IMG/VR virus record: IMGVR_UViG_3300037067_009442
Span: 1 to 64,000 of that record
DNA from: a virus
Lineage: Duplodnaviria > Heunggongvirae > Uroviricota > Caudoviricetes
Length of the DNA stretch: 64,000 bases
Direction: 5' to 3' (one strand)
The notes under the pieces are model-generated. The model was not told the origin of the DNA and did no database searches. It saw only the letters and a program-made list of their open reading frames with translations. Position 1 is the first letter of the stretch. Each line of letters starts with the position of its first letter. The translations under genes were made by a program, and so were the position numbers. Shown piece by piece: positions 1-9,844 of this stretch.

Positions 1-2
1 TC

Positions 3-386
3 TTCTACGTTGTTCGGTTGGAGGAGCCTATCGAAGGTGACTTCGGACCCCTAGAGGGGATATTTCTCCCTGAAAGTAGCCTCTCAGATAGGTACCAAGT
101 TGAGAAATGGGACCTCATTGGGTTCTACGTTTACACCTACGAGAGTGAAGAGGAGGACCTCAAGGCAATTGACATCCAGGTTCTCGTAGGAGAAGGAGAT
201 GACGGTCGATGGTACGTCAAGATTACGGATGAGATTGATGGGGATGAACTCTGGGAGGAGTCCTTTGACACCTTCGAGGAGGCCAAGGAAGAAGCTGAGG
301 ATCACATCTCAGCAAGTAATGAGTCGGAGGTACTAGGAGAGACTGCCGTCGCCTACATTGAGAGACTCAATAAACGAGTAGATTGA
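3..386 (+). CDS. acidic hypothetical protein, probably 5'-truncated by window edge
   Basis: Frame open from the window start; very D/E-rich. Confidence 0.7.
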   Translation, partial: FYVVRLEEPIEGDFGPLEGIFLPESSLSDRYQVEKWDLIGFYVYTYESEEEDLKAIDIQVLVGEGDDGRWYVKITDEIDGDELWEESFDTFEEAKEEAEDHISASNESEVLGETAVAYIERLNKRVD

Positions 387-421
387 GTTGAGATCTGAGG
401 TACTCGTACGTAGGATAGATC
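387..421 (+). promoter_or_regulatory. class A promoter (TTGAGA-17-TAGGAT), leaderless
   Basis: gttgagatctgaggtactcgtacgtaggatagatc then ATG at 422; motif repeated ~11x. Confidence 0.8.
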
Positions 422-706
422 ATGGCAAAGACTCGCTGGGAAAAACATTGGCTCGGCAGACCTCCGGAAGATGCTACCAGTGTAGAGCGTTGGAATGGGG
501 TCAACTGGGTCAAAGACGATGGGCGTCTAGGTCATGCCTTCAGTGGTGAATTGGAGGGCTTCCCTACTCATTGGTATTCAGGGTGTGATTGCATGGATGA
601 CCCTAACTGCCCGCAGAGGTTAGCAATTGACCGAACGGTGAAGAGGTTCTGTTGCTCCAATGGACAAACAATGCTCAAGCCTCACTTGAAAGTGGCGAAG
701 GTGTAG
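422..706 (+). CDS. hypothetical protein (Cys/Trp-rich)
   Basis: ORF starts exactly after class A promoter. Confidence 0.75.
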   Translation: MAKTRWEKHWLGRPPEDATSVERWNGVNWVKDDGRLGHAFSGELEGFPTHWYSGCDCMDDPNCPQRLAIDRTVKRFCCSNGQTMLKPHLKVAKV

Positions 707-707
707 A

Positions 708-998
708 ATGACTTACGTTCAACCAGGTACTTACGCTCCCGGGGAAGTCCCAGAATACTCATTCTGCGAAGGAGTGATGGCAGGCCCCAAGTCCAAATGG
801 CATATCCGCAAGGTAGGGGGTGCTCTTCACCTTGGAGGTGGGATTGATATCGAGAGTCTTTGTGGTCAAATCCGACCATTTGGGCCCGAGGTAGGTGCCA
901 TTGGCGGGTGGGATCTGAACGTCAAGATCACTGAAGCTCATTTTAGCCACAGTTGCCCTAAGTGTGTGGAGTCGTACAAGAAAGCCACAGGGACATGA
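708..998 (+). CDS. hypothetical protein
   Basis: Tightly packed ORF, WH...C...CxxC. Confidence 0.7.
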   Translation: MTYVQPGTYAPGEVPEYSFCEGVMAGPKSKWHIRKVGGALHLGGGIDIESLCGQIRPFGPEVGAIGGWDLNVKITEAHFSHSCPKCVESYKKATGT

Positions 999-1279
999 GT
1001 TCCAACCAACGCCGACCAATACTCACAACCAAGCACGGAGAGCGTGAGGAGATTCTAGTTGAGTCAGATGGTCAAACCGTCTGGGTAAACTCACCTCAAG
1101 GTTGCCTAGCTAGGTTTAGCAAGATCTCAAGGGATAAGTTTCTCCCTGCCGAAACCCGAATGTGTCACGTAGGTAACTGGGATGATTGGTGTGAGTTTGT
1201 ACATATGGTGGAGGGTATGCTAACCTTCCCTCTTGTCTTTGATTCCCGACACTACCCGATTTACCTAGTTCCCGGTTGA
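995..1279 (+). CDS. hypothetical protein
   Basis: ATGA overlap with upstream stop suggests start at 995. Confidence 0.6.
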   Translation: MSSNQRRPILTTKHGEREEILVESDGQTVWVNSPQGCLARFSKISRDKFLPAETRMCHVGNWDDWCEFVHMVEGMLTFPLVFDSRHYPIYLVPG

Positions 1280-1309
1280 GATCCTACCCCCTCAAACGTA
1301 GTATCTGGT
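1275..1309 (+). promoter_or_regulatory. class A promoter (TTGAGA-17-TAGTAT)
   Basis: gttgagatcctaccccctcaaacgtagtatctggt then ATG 1310. Confidence 0.8.
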
Positions 1310-1747
1310 ATGTTAGTCAATTCCGGTCACCAAGGGTACATGGACGGTCTGTATGGTAAAGACCCTGATGAGAGCTCAGCCTATCCAGGCGGTGCGTACG
1401 AAGAAGGGTACCTAGTTGGCTGTGAGGACAGGAGTAAGCTCCTCGTAGGAACTAAGGTTCCCGGCTACTTAGGTCCTCAGGTGGAGAGTGAGCTCCCTGT
1501 TCGACGAGGTATGGAAGTAACTATTTTGAAGGGTACCGAGGTCAAGGTGGTGGGTAAGCCTCTTCGACTCGCAGGAAAAACCTACAAGATTAAGGTTGAC
1601 CATGTCGCGGTAGGTAGTTGCTTCTATGTCACTGAGGACTGGAAGGGTAAGGTATACCATCGCCCTGAGCCTACTCAGGTAGTTTGGGCGGGACCTGGTG
1701 GGTACTGGTCAAGATCTAACCTAAGTGACATTCCTGAGGCCAAGTGA
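1310..1747 (+). CDS. hypothetical protein
   Basis: ORF follows class A promoter. Confidence 0.75.
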   Translation: MLVNSGHQGYMDGLYGKDPDESSAYPGGAYEEGYLVGCEDRSKLLVGTKVPGYLGPQVESELPVRRGMEVTILKGTEVKVVGKPLRLAGKTYKIKVDHVAVGSCFYVTEDWKGKVYHRPEPTQVVWAGPGGYWSRSNLSDIPEAK

Positions 1748-1924
1748 GGTACCTACGCCGCAACCCTCCATAACTCCCCGGAGTGTAATTACTAGGACTA
1801 TCAGGTCATTTTGAAGGACCTAACCCTAAAAACTCAAGTGGGTTCATTAGATCTCTTGCTTTTTCTTAGTAGTGCTGATAGTTACGGTTGAACTGCCTGC
1901 CATCGCGACAAGGAAACCGTAAGT

Positions 1925-2599
1925 ATGGGGAAGCTATCTAGTCTGTTCTGGAAACCCGATGGGGAGTCATCCTCTCCGACTCAAACCCAAGATCCGCCAA
2001 AGGAAGTCCCGGTAAGGAAGTCCGTAGTTCCCTCGACTCCAGCTCCGGCTTCCGTTTCGGCACCTAGGCCGGTACTACCGGGTCAAGTGGATGAGACGAT
2101 GGCTCAGATCTTGGAAGATGCCATTGTCGCCAGCAACCTGCCCGGGTTTGATTACCTCGAGTTTCGGGACGCCTTAGTGAACATGAAGGACCTTCCTTTG
2201 CCGGAAGCCCAGAAGTTCCAGGCTGTATTTGCTACAGCTCAGTCGATGAAAGTCGACAAGGGGAAGCTGTTGGAAGCTATCGATCACTACCTAAAGGTAG
2301 TTGAGAAGTCCTCTGCTGACTTCAAGGCCTATATTGACGGGGTAACCGAGAAGGAAGTGACTTCCAAGTCGGGGACCGTTGATAGGTTGGATCAGGAGAT
2401 GCAGAAGAACGCGGCAGAGATCCAACGTCTAACTCAGGTGGTCCAGGAGCTCAAGAAGCAGCAGGACGCTGTTCGGATGGAAGTAGCTCAGGCAGAGTTG
2501 GAGATTAGCAACAAGAAGGCAGCCTTCGAGGCTACTCAAGCGGCCGTAACTCAGAACCTCACTAGCGATCGATCCAAGATCGAAACGTACTTGGTCTAA
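1925..2599 (+). CDS. coiled-coil protein, first gene of ABC-linked module
   Basis: Pro-rich N-terminus, GFDYLEF motif, long heptad C-terminus. Confidence 0.8.
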   Translation: MGKLSSLFWKPDGESSSPTQTQDPPKEVPVRKSVVPSTPAPASVSAPRPVLPGQVDETMAQILEDAIVASNLPGFDYLEFRDALVNMKDLPLPEAQKFQAVFATAQSMKVDKGKLLEAIDHYLKVVEKSSADFKAYIDGVTEKEVTSKSGTVDRLDQEMQKNAAEIQRLTQVVQELKKQQDAVRMEVAQAELEISNKKAAFEATQAAVTQNLTSDRSKIETYLV

Positions 2600-2600
2600 C

Positions 2601-3614
2601 ATGCCTCCAAAAAAGAGCCTTCTCGAGAAGCCCGAGGGCAACACTCTCCTTGTCCTTGTTGGGGGGATCACCCTAGCAGTTGGGTGGTTCGTTCTCTCCC
2701 ACATTGACCAGATCCTTGCCCTACTAGCCAAGACCATTGTCGCCGGTGGCTTGTTTGCCTTCATCGTAGCGGTCACCGCTATGCTGATGAACGACAACTT
2801 CCGGACCGTACTAGTCTCCAGGTTCGAGGGGTGGTTGCACAGCCTAACTGCATGGGTTGTTGCGATTGATCCTATTCCTATCCTTCGGAACTACCTGAAG
2901 GATATGAAGAAGAAACTGAAGATCATCGAGATGTGGATCGCACAGTTGTGGGGGCAGGTCCAGAACCTTCGAACCAAGATCCAAACTCGAGAGGATAACG
3001 TCAGGGAGTTCTTCAACCTAGCGGCCGCAGCCGAGAGGTTGGGGGATATGGATGAAGCTACTGTCCAAGCAAGCATGGGTGCTCGAGAGAGTGAGTACAT
3101 TGATCGTCTGAGGGGGACTCTCAAGAAGATGGAGGATACCTCAGAGGTCCTTGGGCACATGAAGCGGAACCTCGACCTCCTCTCTAGGGATACAGATCAT
3201 CGAGTTGGCCTATTGGTCGATGAGTATGAAACGGTCAAGGTAGCATCTAAGATCGTACGTGGAGCTCAAGATCTAATCGAAGGAGACCGGAAGAAAGAGC
3301 TCTTCGATCAGACCTGTGAGATTGTTGTCCAAGATGTCGGCAACATGCTCGGTGAGATGGATCGCTTCATGAAGACATCTGAGGGGACCTTCAAGTCGAT
3401 GGATCTCAAAAATGAGGTCTTCAATGAGAAGGGTCTCGAGATGTTGGCCACTTGGAAGAAGACCGGTATCCTCAGCTACGAGAAGAATCGTCTTCGAGTT
3501 GCTACTGACCAGCCAAAAGTACGTGTTGCAGGGGACCATTCCTCTGAGGAATCAGTGGAAGAGGAAGCTCCCCAACGCCCGAGTTCGTTTGCTAAGATTT
3601 TCGAGAAGAGGTAA
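2601..3614 (+). CDS. membrane-anchored coiled-coil protein (PspA/IM30-like architecture)
   Basis: Two N-terminal hydrophobic helices then ~200 aa coiled coil; PspA similarity is inferred. Confidence 0.7.
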   Translation: MPPKKSLLEKPEGNTLLVLVGGITLAVGWFVLSHIDQILALLAKTIVAGGLFAFIVAVTAMLMNDNFRTVLVSRFEGWLHSLTAWVVAIDPIPILRNYLKDMKKKLKIIEMWIAQLWGQVQNLRTKIQTREDNVREFFNLAAAAERLGDMDEATVQASMGARESEYIDRLRGTLKKMEDTSEVLGHMKRNLDLLSRDTDHRVGLLVDEYETVKVASKIVRGAQDLIEGDRKKELFDQTCEIVVQDVGNMLGEMDRFMKTSEGTFKSMDLKNEVFNEKGLEMLATWKKTGILSYEKNRLRVATDQPKVRVAGDHSSEESVEEEAPQRPSSFAKIFEKR

Positions 3615-3619
3615 CAGTC

Positions 3620-5194
3620 ATGGGATTACAGCCAGCAGGTAAGATTGGACTTTTCATCCTAGTCACAGGGATCGCCGGTGGCGGTCTTTGGACCCTCCGC
3701 AAGTACATCGCCCCTGAGGGTCAGAAAGCGGAGAACATCACTGGCCTCATGGCAAGTGGAGAAGGCTCCTCTGAGAGTGCCCCAGGAACCCCAGGGAAAG
3801 CAACCCCAGCTGTCCACAACAAGTGCTTGGAGGTTGGCGTGGTTACCTGGGGCGGGTACGCCGGTGGTCAGTACTGGAACGGTGGGTTCAAGGACAATCC
3901 TAACTCCAGGTTCCGTAAGGATGGGATCTGCGTAAACTTCAAACTCCTGGATGACTTCGGAGCCTCTCGAGCAGCCTTCCGCTCAGGGGAGATGGATCTC
4001 ATGTGGGTCACCATGGATGCTTTCCCCACGGAGAGTGGTACATTCGACGGGGGTGCTCGGTTCCTCTTTCAAGCGGATTGGTCTCGCGGTGGCGATGCCA
4101 TCGTGGTGAAGAAGGGGATCACCTCGGTAGCGGGTCTCGCTGGGAAGAGCATTGCGGTAGCTGAGGGAACTCCCTCGCACACCTTCTTGCTGTGGATGTT
4201 GGATATGGCTGGGCTTTCCATCCTAGACGTCAACATCGTCAAACAGGACTCGGCTATCGTTGCAGCTGCATCCTTTAAGAGTGGGCAGGTAGACGCAGCT
4301 GTTGTTTGGTCTCCCGCCGATGCTGAGTGTGTTGCTGCAGTCTCTGGATCCTCGGTACTAGTCAACACCAAAAAGGCCGCCAACATCATCGCAGATGGCT
4401 TCATGGTTATGGAGTCCACCTACCAACGTCGGAAGGGTGAACTGACCAAACTGGTTCAGGGTTGGTTGAAGGGTTCGGCAGAGATCAATGGATCTGAGCA
4501 AGCCAAGAATGAAGCGGTCAAGATCTTGGTAGATGGGTTTGGCTCCTCTTCATCCCCTAAGGATTGCCTCCAAGCCATTGACAATGTTCGCCTCACGACC
4601 TACGGGGACAACCTTGACTTCTTCGGGCTCAGCCCGGCCTACAAGGGCGTAAAGGGCCAAGACCTTTACGAGAAGATGTCCATCGTTTACGGCAAGCTAC
4701 ACCTGGCTGAGAAGCCTCTCCCGTGGGCTCGGGTTGTGGATACCGACTTCATCAAGAGCCTAGGTCTTGCCAGTGACAAGGGTTCCGCCCCTGAAGCAGT
4801 CCCGACGTTCAAGGCTCCGACTCAGCAAGTGATCTCAGCTCCCGCTATTGCAAGCAAGCCGATCAAGGTGAGCTTTGCTACGGCAAGCTCAACCCTGGAC
4901 GACAACGCCAAGGTGCTCATCGACATGTTGTTTGTGGAGCAAGCTAAGGCCTTTCCAACGTCGCATATCCGCATTCAGGGTAACACGGACTCTACCGGAA
5001 GTGCCTCCAATAACCTCCGAATCAGCAAGGAACGTGCCGAATCGGTGGTTAGCTACTTGGTCACGAAGCACAGCTTTGACCGGAACCGCTTCGTAGCAAG
5101 TGGTAGAGGATCAGATGACCCTGTCTGCCATGAGCAGACTCCAGAGTGCTTTGCTCAGAATCGCCGAACCGACTTCGAGATCTTGGACAAGTAA
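3620..5194 (+). CDS. NMT1/THI5/SsuA-like ABC substrate-binding protein fused to OmpA-like peptidoglycan-binding domain
   Basis: N-terminal TM anchor; DWSRGGDAIV, GKSIAVAEGTPSH, VDAAVVWSP; C-terminal IQGNTDSTG..N..IS..RA..V..YL and NRRTDF. Confidence 0.9.
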   Translation: MGLQPAGKIGLFILVTGIAGGGLWTLRKYIAPEGQKAENITGLMASGEGSSESAPGTPGKATPAVHNKCLEVGVVTWGGYAGGQYWNGGFKDNPNSRFRKDGICVNFKLLDDFGASRAAFRSGEMDLMWVTMDAFPTESGTFDGGARFLFQADWSRGGDAIVVKKGITSVAGLAGKSIAVAEGTPSHTFLLWMLDMAGLSILDVNIVKQDSAIVAAASFKSGQVDAAVVWSPADAECVAAVSGSSVLVNTKKAANIIADGFMVMESTYQRRKGELTKLVQGWLKGSAEINGSEQAKNEAVKILVDGFGSSSSPKDCLQAIDNVRLTTYGDNLDFFGLSPAYKGVKGQDLYEKMSIVYGKLHLAEKPLPWARVVDTDFIKSLGLASDKGSAPEAVPTFKAPTQQVISAPAIASKPIKVSFATASSTLDDNAKVLIDMLFVEQAKAFPTSHIRIQGNTDSTGSASNNLRISKERAESVVSYLVTKHSFDRNRFVASGRGSDDPVCHEQTPECFAQNRRTDFEILDK

Positions 5195-5197
5195 CCT

Positions 5198-5983
5198 ATG
5201 AACTCTCTCTTCGAGATAAGAGGAGAGCCGAGCAAGAGGGTATCTACAACACTACAAGTTGCGGGTATCCTCTTTCTTGTGTCTCTCTGGTGGTCACTCA
5301 GTATAACAGGGTGGATATCCTCCTCAGCTCTACCCTCACCCTGGAAGGTGCTCCAAACATATCCTGAGCTTCACCTCAAGAATGCGATGGTGAGAAACCT
5401 CCTCTATTCATGCTACCTCAATGGGATAGGTTACGTGGAGGCCATTGCGGTGAGTTTACCCCTAGGCTTTCTCATCGGGATGTTTCCCATGTTCAACCTG
5501 ATGTTCAGCAAGCCTGTGAACTCCATCAGAGCTATTCCCTTGACTGCTTTGGTAGGAGTCTTCATTGAGTGGTTCGGCCTAGGTGACCAAATGAAGATCC
5601 AGTTCTTGGCCTTTGGGATCATCGTCTACCTACTTCCTGTGGTAGTCCAACGAACTCGAGAAGCTCCCATCGTGTATCAGCAGACTGCTACTACTCTTGG
5701 GGCTTCTAGGTGGAAGATGTTCCTCACGGTGTTCTACCCCTACGTCAAGAGCAGGATTATCCTGGATATCCAGAACCTGGTTGCCATCTCTTGGACGTAC
5801 ATCATCGTCGCCGAGATGATGAATGACACTGGAGGCATCGGAGCGATGCTCTACAAGAACGCTCGAATGGGTCGAATTGACAAGGCTACTGCACTACTCT
5901 TTGTGATTGTCCTAGTAGTCACCCTTCAGGACAAAGCCTTTCTCCTAGCAGACCGAGTGCTGAATAGGCACAAGTACACCTGA
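5198..5983 (+). CDS. ABC transporter permease (TauC/SsuC-like)
   Basis: LPSP motif, multiple TM helices, EAA-like loop TATTLGAS, W..II.AEM. Confidence 0.9.
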   Translation: MNSLFEIRGEPSKRVSTTLQVAGILFLVSLWWSLSITGWISSSALPSPWKVLQTYPELHLKNAMVRNLLYSCYLNGIGYVEAIAVSLPLGFLIGMFPMFNLMFSKPVNSIRAIPLTALVGVFIEWFGLGDQMKIQFLAFGIIVYLLPVVVQRTREAPIVYQQTATTLGASRWKMFLTVFYPYVKSRIILDIQNLVAISWTYIIVAEMMNDTGGIGAMLYKNARMGRIDKATALLFVIVLVVTLQDKAFLLADRVLNRHKYT

Positions 5984-5989
5984 GGAACT

Positions 5990-6793
5990 ATGCAAGCAGT
6001 ACAGATGGTCAATACAGATCTTCCGGACGTCCTAGAGCTGAGGGACGTTCGCCAAGTCTACAAGGACCCTAACGGGAAGGAGAACGTCGTCATTGACGGG
6101 TTGAACCTCTTGATCGAAGACCAACCTGATAAAGGTGAGTTCGTGGTAATCCTTGGTTCTTCTGGATGCGGGAAGAGCCACATCCTTCGCTATGCTAGTG
6201 GCCTTCAAACACCCACCTCAGGTGAAGTCTTGATAGGAGGTAGGGCTCGGAAGGCTACCGACTACGTAGGGATGATCTTTCAGTCTTACTCCTCTTTCGA
6301 ACACTACACAGTACTTGAGAACGTTGAGCTCGGTTTGTACTACCGTGGGGTCTCTAAAAAGGAGCGTAGGACTAAGGCGCTGGAGATCATTGAGAAGGTA
6401 GGACTCGCCGGTCACGAGAACAAGTTCGCCAAATACCCCAACCTCTCTGGGGGTCAGCTCCAACGGGTGGCAATCGCTAGAAGCCTCGCCTATGAAGGGA
6501 GGATCTTGTTGATGGATGAGCCCTTTGGTGCCCTGGACATCGAGACTCGAGCTCAGATGCAGGACATGTTGGCGGAGATTTGGCTGAACATCACTCCGAC
6601 GATCATCATGGTGACTCATGCCATTGATGAAGCTGTTTACCTAGGGGACACCATCTATGTGATGGGACGGAACCCAGGGAACATCGTCAAGGAATTCAGG
6701 TCCCCGCTACCTCTGGCACGTAACCGCGGGATGAAGCGGAGCCCTGAGTTCCTTCGATCCGTGCATGAGATCGAAGATTTCATGCACGGTTAG
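5990..6793 (+). CDS. ABC transporter ATP-binding protein (TauB/SsuB-like)
   Basis: Walker A GSSGCGKS, LSGGQ signature, Walker B LLMDEPF, VTH. Confidence 0.95.
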   Translation: MQAVQMVNTDLPDVLELRDVRQVYKDPNGKENVVIDGLNLLIEDQPDKGEFVVILGSSGCGKSHILRYASGLQTPTSGEVLIGGRARKATDYVGMIFQSYSSFEHYTVLENVELGLYYRGVSKKERRTKALEIIEKVGLAGHENKFAKYPNLSGGQLQRVAIARSLAYEGRILLMDEPFGALDIETRAQMQDMLAEIWLNITPTIIMVTHAIDEAVYLGDTIYVMGRNPGNIVKEFRSPLPLARNRGMKRSPEFLRSVHEIEDFMHG

Positions 6794-7593
6794 ATTGGGT
6801 CTTCTCTCTCAAAGCGAGTAGGTCGTACTATTGCAGCCGCCCTACTCGCTACCTGATCGGCTACTATAACCCTACCGGGTTCTCCCCTAGTAAACCTGAC
6901 TACTAGGCTGCTATGATACTGCATGGTAGACCCATCTCGAGGGACTACCAACCTACTCCGATCACAATGAGTAGAGTACTCTCTTGAGTAATTGAGAACC
7001 CCTAGTACATCGTCTACCATTGAAGTGGCGATCATTTGGCAATCTACACACTCATATACATAGTGTGTTCGAGTGTCATATCGATTACCAGCGGACCTTG
7101 CACTGCGAGGGATGTACCTCCAGTTATGCATGAGGTGTCTACTCGCATGAGGTAGATATTCCCTAGGAGTCAAGTCACGAGATATGTGGCAGTGTCTGCA
7201 GCTCTCATCAAGGTGGAAGCCAAAGCAGTCACAACCTTCCATGTCACAGGACCAAACCCGTACCAAGCTGTCCATGGAACAGTTGATACAATCCGAGGAG
7301 TGAGTACCCTCTAGGAGTTGATGGGTGCTTGGAGGGGGTTGAGGCTCCTGATTCACCCCTCGGATTTGCTGTCTCGTTCGTGCATGACTCACAGCCAAAC
7401 TAGCTGCTACTTGAGCATCTTGCTCAATTTCCCGAAGACCTCTACCTGTACCCATCATAAGAGCGAGAGTGGGAGCAAGATAGAGAGTTAGAGCTGCCTC
7501 GGTGGTTTCACCGGCGGTATCCCGATCGACACCCTCATCTACGAGGGTGTCGATCATGTCCTCAGCTAGATCTACAATATCTCTGGCGGGCAT
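6790..7593 (-). CDS. Cys/His-rich hypothetical protein with C-terminal PTRFER tag
   Basis: Several CxxC; ends RPTRFEREDPI. Confidence 0.75.
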   Translation of the reverse strand: MPARDIVDLAEDMIDTLVDEGVDRDTAGETTEAALTLYLAPTLALMMGTGRGLREIEQDAQVAASLAVSHARTRQQIRGVNQEPQPPPSTHQLLEGTHSSDCINCSMDSLVRVWSCDMEGCDCFGFHLDESCRHCHISRDLTPREYLPHASRHLMHNWRYIPRSARSAGNRYDTRTHYVYECVDCQMIATSMVDDVLGVLNYSREYSTHCDRSRLVVPRDGSTMQYHSSLVVRFTRGEPGRVIVADQVASRAAAIVRPTRFEREDPI

Positions 7594-7599
7594 TGAGTG

Positions 7600-8088
7600 C
7601 TATCGGTGGAAACCCCAAGGCCCAAAGCCCATAGGGAACATCGGCTCCCTACTACGGGAAAGGCCTTCCAAGTCCGCTTTGGCCTTATCCAACTGACCCC
7701 TAAGTTCAGCATTTTCGACCGCTAAACGGACAAATGACCACAGATCGTTACTAGTTGGAGGGCTTTTCAACCACTCCAGGATAGTATTTTTATCGCAGTT
7801 ATCGAGTATCTCAATGACTCGTTCAGAACCGATCCTTTCCAGAGCTGAACTGATAGTGAGAGTACTCGTGCTGTGGTTCCAATTGATGTCTAGAAACCTA
7901 GAAACCTTCTCTCCAAGAAAGGTCAAGTGTACCGTATCAAATACCCTACCTAGGGTACTTAGCTTGGGATCACATAGCGAAGTGCTGATTGGCTTCAGTT
8001 CGCGGAGTGCTTGGATGTGTTCGGGGTAGGTTTCTTTTTTAGTGTCCTTACAGGCCATTCCACTCTGGTACTCTAAAGTACCCTGCAT
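7600..8088 (-). CDS. hypothetical protein
   Basis: Packed in minus-strand run. Confidence 0.6.
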   Translation of the reverse strand: MQGTLEYQSGMACKDTKKETYPEHIQALRELKPISTSLCDPKLSTLGRVFDTVHLTFLGEKVSRFLDINWNHSTSTLTISSALERIGSERVIEILDNCDKNTILEWLKSPPTSNDLWSFVRLAVENAELRGQLDKAKADLEGLSRSREPMFPMGFGPWGFHR

Positions 8089-8103
8089 GTAAAGGGTATT
8101 GAG

Positions 8104-8382
8104 TCAAATGCTTGACTTGGCGCTACTTTTTTCAATCTTTTCGAGGAGACTCTTGTTGCAAGAGTACTTGAAGGCCTCAAGTGCCATCATGCAGAGGTGC
8201 CAGGTAAGCACTAGGAGGAGTAGCTTTCGGTCAGGGGTTCCGGTAGCGTGAAGGGTCATGACCGCAGTTAGGATCGGAACTCCGCTGAATATTGCGATTC
8301 TGTAAGAGTACCGGGTCAACTGGCAATGGAACCAAGCCTTCGATCGGGGATTAGAGAATTGAGGCTCTTCTAAGCTTTTCAT
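8104..8382 (-). CDS. small membrane protein
   Basis: Two hydrophobic segments. Confidence 0.6.
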   Translation of the reverse strand: MKSLEEPQFSNPRSKAWFHCQLTRYSYRIAIFSGVPILTAVMTLHATGTPDRKLLLLVLTWHLCMMALEAFKYSCNKSLLEKIEKSSAKSSI

Positions 8383-8385
8383 GAG

Positions 8386-8595
8386 TCAGCGAAAGATCCT
8401 AGCTACTTTACCCTTACCTTGCAAGGTAGAATGCTTCACGTCACGTTGGTCGGAGGTCCCGCAGATCTCACACTCTCCTTTGCCGTGTTTGCATTCAGTT
8501 CTCGGCGGCCCTTCTGGGGGTCCGACTAAAACCTCAGTCATACCACCAAAACAGTCGAAGGGGCCATAGATTCTTGGCCAGCGATGTTTACTCAT
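8386..8595 (-). CDS. small Cys/His protein
   Basis: CKH...CEIC; ATGA coupling. Confidence 0.6.
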   Translation of the reverse strand: MSKHRWPRIYGPFDCFGGMTEVLVGPPEGPPRTECKHGKGECEICGTSDQRDVKHSTLQGKGKVARIFR

Positions 8596-9101
8596 GGGAC
8601 ACTCATAAGGTAGAAGTAAGGGGGAGTACTTGCACCTGTTACCTGCACTTCAAGGTCTTGAACCCTTAGCTGTAAGGATTGAACTGCACTGATCAGGGTG
8701 TTGATTGTCGAACCATATCTAGTTGCATTCTCAGTCAGGACTTGCACCTCTCTTTGAAGAACACTGATGGTATCATCTATCTGGTAAGAAGAGTTGCCCG
8801 AGGAGACAGAGATGTTGCTAAGATCTCCGCCACCGGTGATCCCTACTCCAAATTGGATAGGAGCTACAAGTTGCGAGGGATCTCTATCTACATAGTCCCT
8901 CATGACAGCATCGTTTGGGATCCCTATCGCATACCTTAGTGAATCTACCGCATCACTTCTAGGGGGCACTCCTGTCATCTCCTCAATGAGATGGTGCCTT
9001 CGAGCAACCTCTTTCTGTAGGTCCTGAGCGAAAGTAAGGGGTTTAATTTCAACCACCTTGGGTCTAATTTCGGCCCAATACTCCTCAAGATCGTCAGCCA
9101 T
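8592..9101 (-). CDS. hypothetical protein with N-terminal DDLEEYW tag
   Basis: Likely start MADDLEEYW at 9101, 9 nt after GGTGTA box; C-terminal coiled coil. Confidence 0.75.
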   Translation of the reverse strand: MADDLEEYWAEIRPKVVEIKPLTFAQDLQKEVARRHHLIEEMTGVPPRSDAVDSLRYAIGIPNDAVMRDYVDRDPSQLVAPIQFGVGITGGGDLSNISVSSGNSSYQIDDTISVLQREVQVLTENATRYGSTINTLISAVQSLQLRVQDLEVQVTGASTPPYFYLMSVP

Positions 9102-9166
9102 CCAGGCTATTACACCAGTAGCCTTGTCTTTTTTGAAACCTTGGTGTAGGGTTTGGCACCAAAACC

Positions 9167-9796
9167 ATGGATTACCCAGTGTATCTGTTATTCCTAGCCA
9201 ACCTAGCCGCCGCCTACCTCTACGGGTATAAGCGAGGCCATCGAGAAGGTATCGCAGTAGGTAAATCCTTGGTCTTTTCGTCCCCATCCGTGAGGCCATT
9301 CAGGCAAGGAGAGTCAATACCCCCTCCCCCATCGTTAGACTCAAGTGACCGCCTACCTCATACCAACCTAGCCGCCGCACTACCTAAAGTGGATTACCCT
9401 ATAGTGCTTGGAAACTACTCAATACTGAGGAATGGGGTGATCCTACGTGGGGAAAGTGAGATCGCTATTATCGATGACTCGCCTTTTGAGTTTGAGTGGT
9501 TACCAGATGTACAAAAGCTGAAGTCTGATGATGAGCACTGCCGCAAGCTAACTAGGTTATGGTTTGAGAGCTTCGGGGTTGATGATGGGTATACTCTCAC
9601 CCTCGAGGGTTATTGGGTCTCAAGGGGCGGGTTGTTCTGGAAGGGGGACCTCATTCTCGGTAGAGTAGAAGGAGGGGGTTACCATCAGTTCAATTGCGTC
9701 AACCAGTATTATGGGAAACCAACTCCGGAAGACATAGAAAAGTGCAAGAAGCTGTATGACCTTTGGTTGACTGAGTTTCTCTCGGATCGATCATGA
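9167..9796 (+). CDS. membrane-anchored hypothetical protein
   Basis: N-terminal TM helix; internally duplicated motif (C.KL..LW). Confidence 0.7.
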   Translation: MDYPVYLLFLANLAAAYLYGYKRGHREGIAVGKSLVFSSPSVRPFRQGESIPPPPSLDSSDRLPHTNLAAALPKVDYPIVLGNYSILRNGVILRGESEIAIIDDSPFEFEWLPDVQKLKSDDEHCRKLTRLWFESFGVDDGYTLTLEGYWVSRGGLFWKGDLILGRVEGGGYHQFNCVNQYYGKPTPEDIEKCKKLYDLWLTEFLSDRS

Positions 9797-9844
9797 GCTC
9801 TAGATTTGTAGCCCCTAACTTGACTGATTCGGGGTATAGGCAAA

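Noticed and set aside
700-707. GGTGTA before ATG 708 (and at 46781) as class B boxes
   Set aside because: Spacing of 2 and 26 nt is outside the 8-13 nt pattern
9102-9299. N-terminal extension of the 8592 ORF given in the track
   Set aside because: Overlaps the divergent 9167 gene; GGTGTA box and tag indicate a start at 9101
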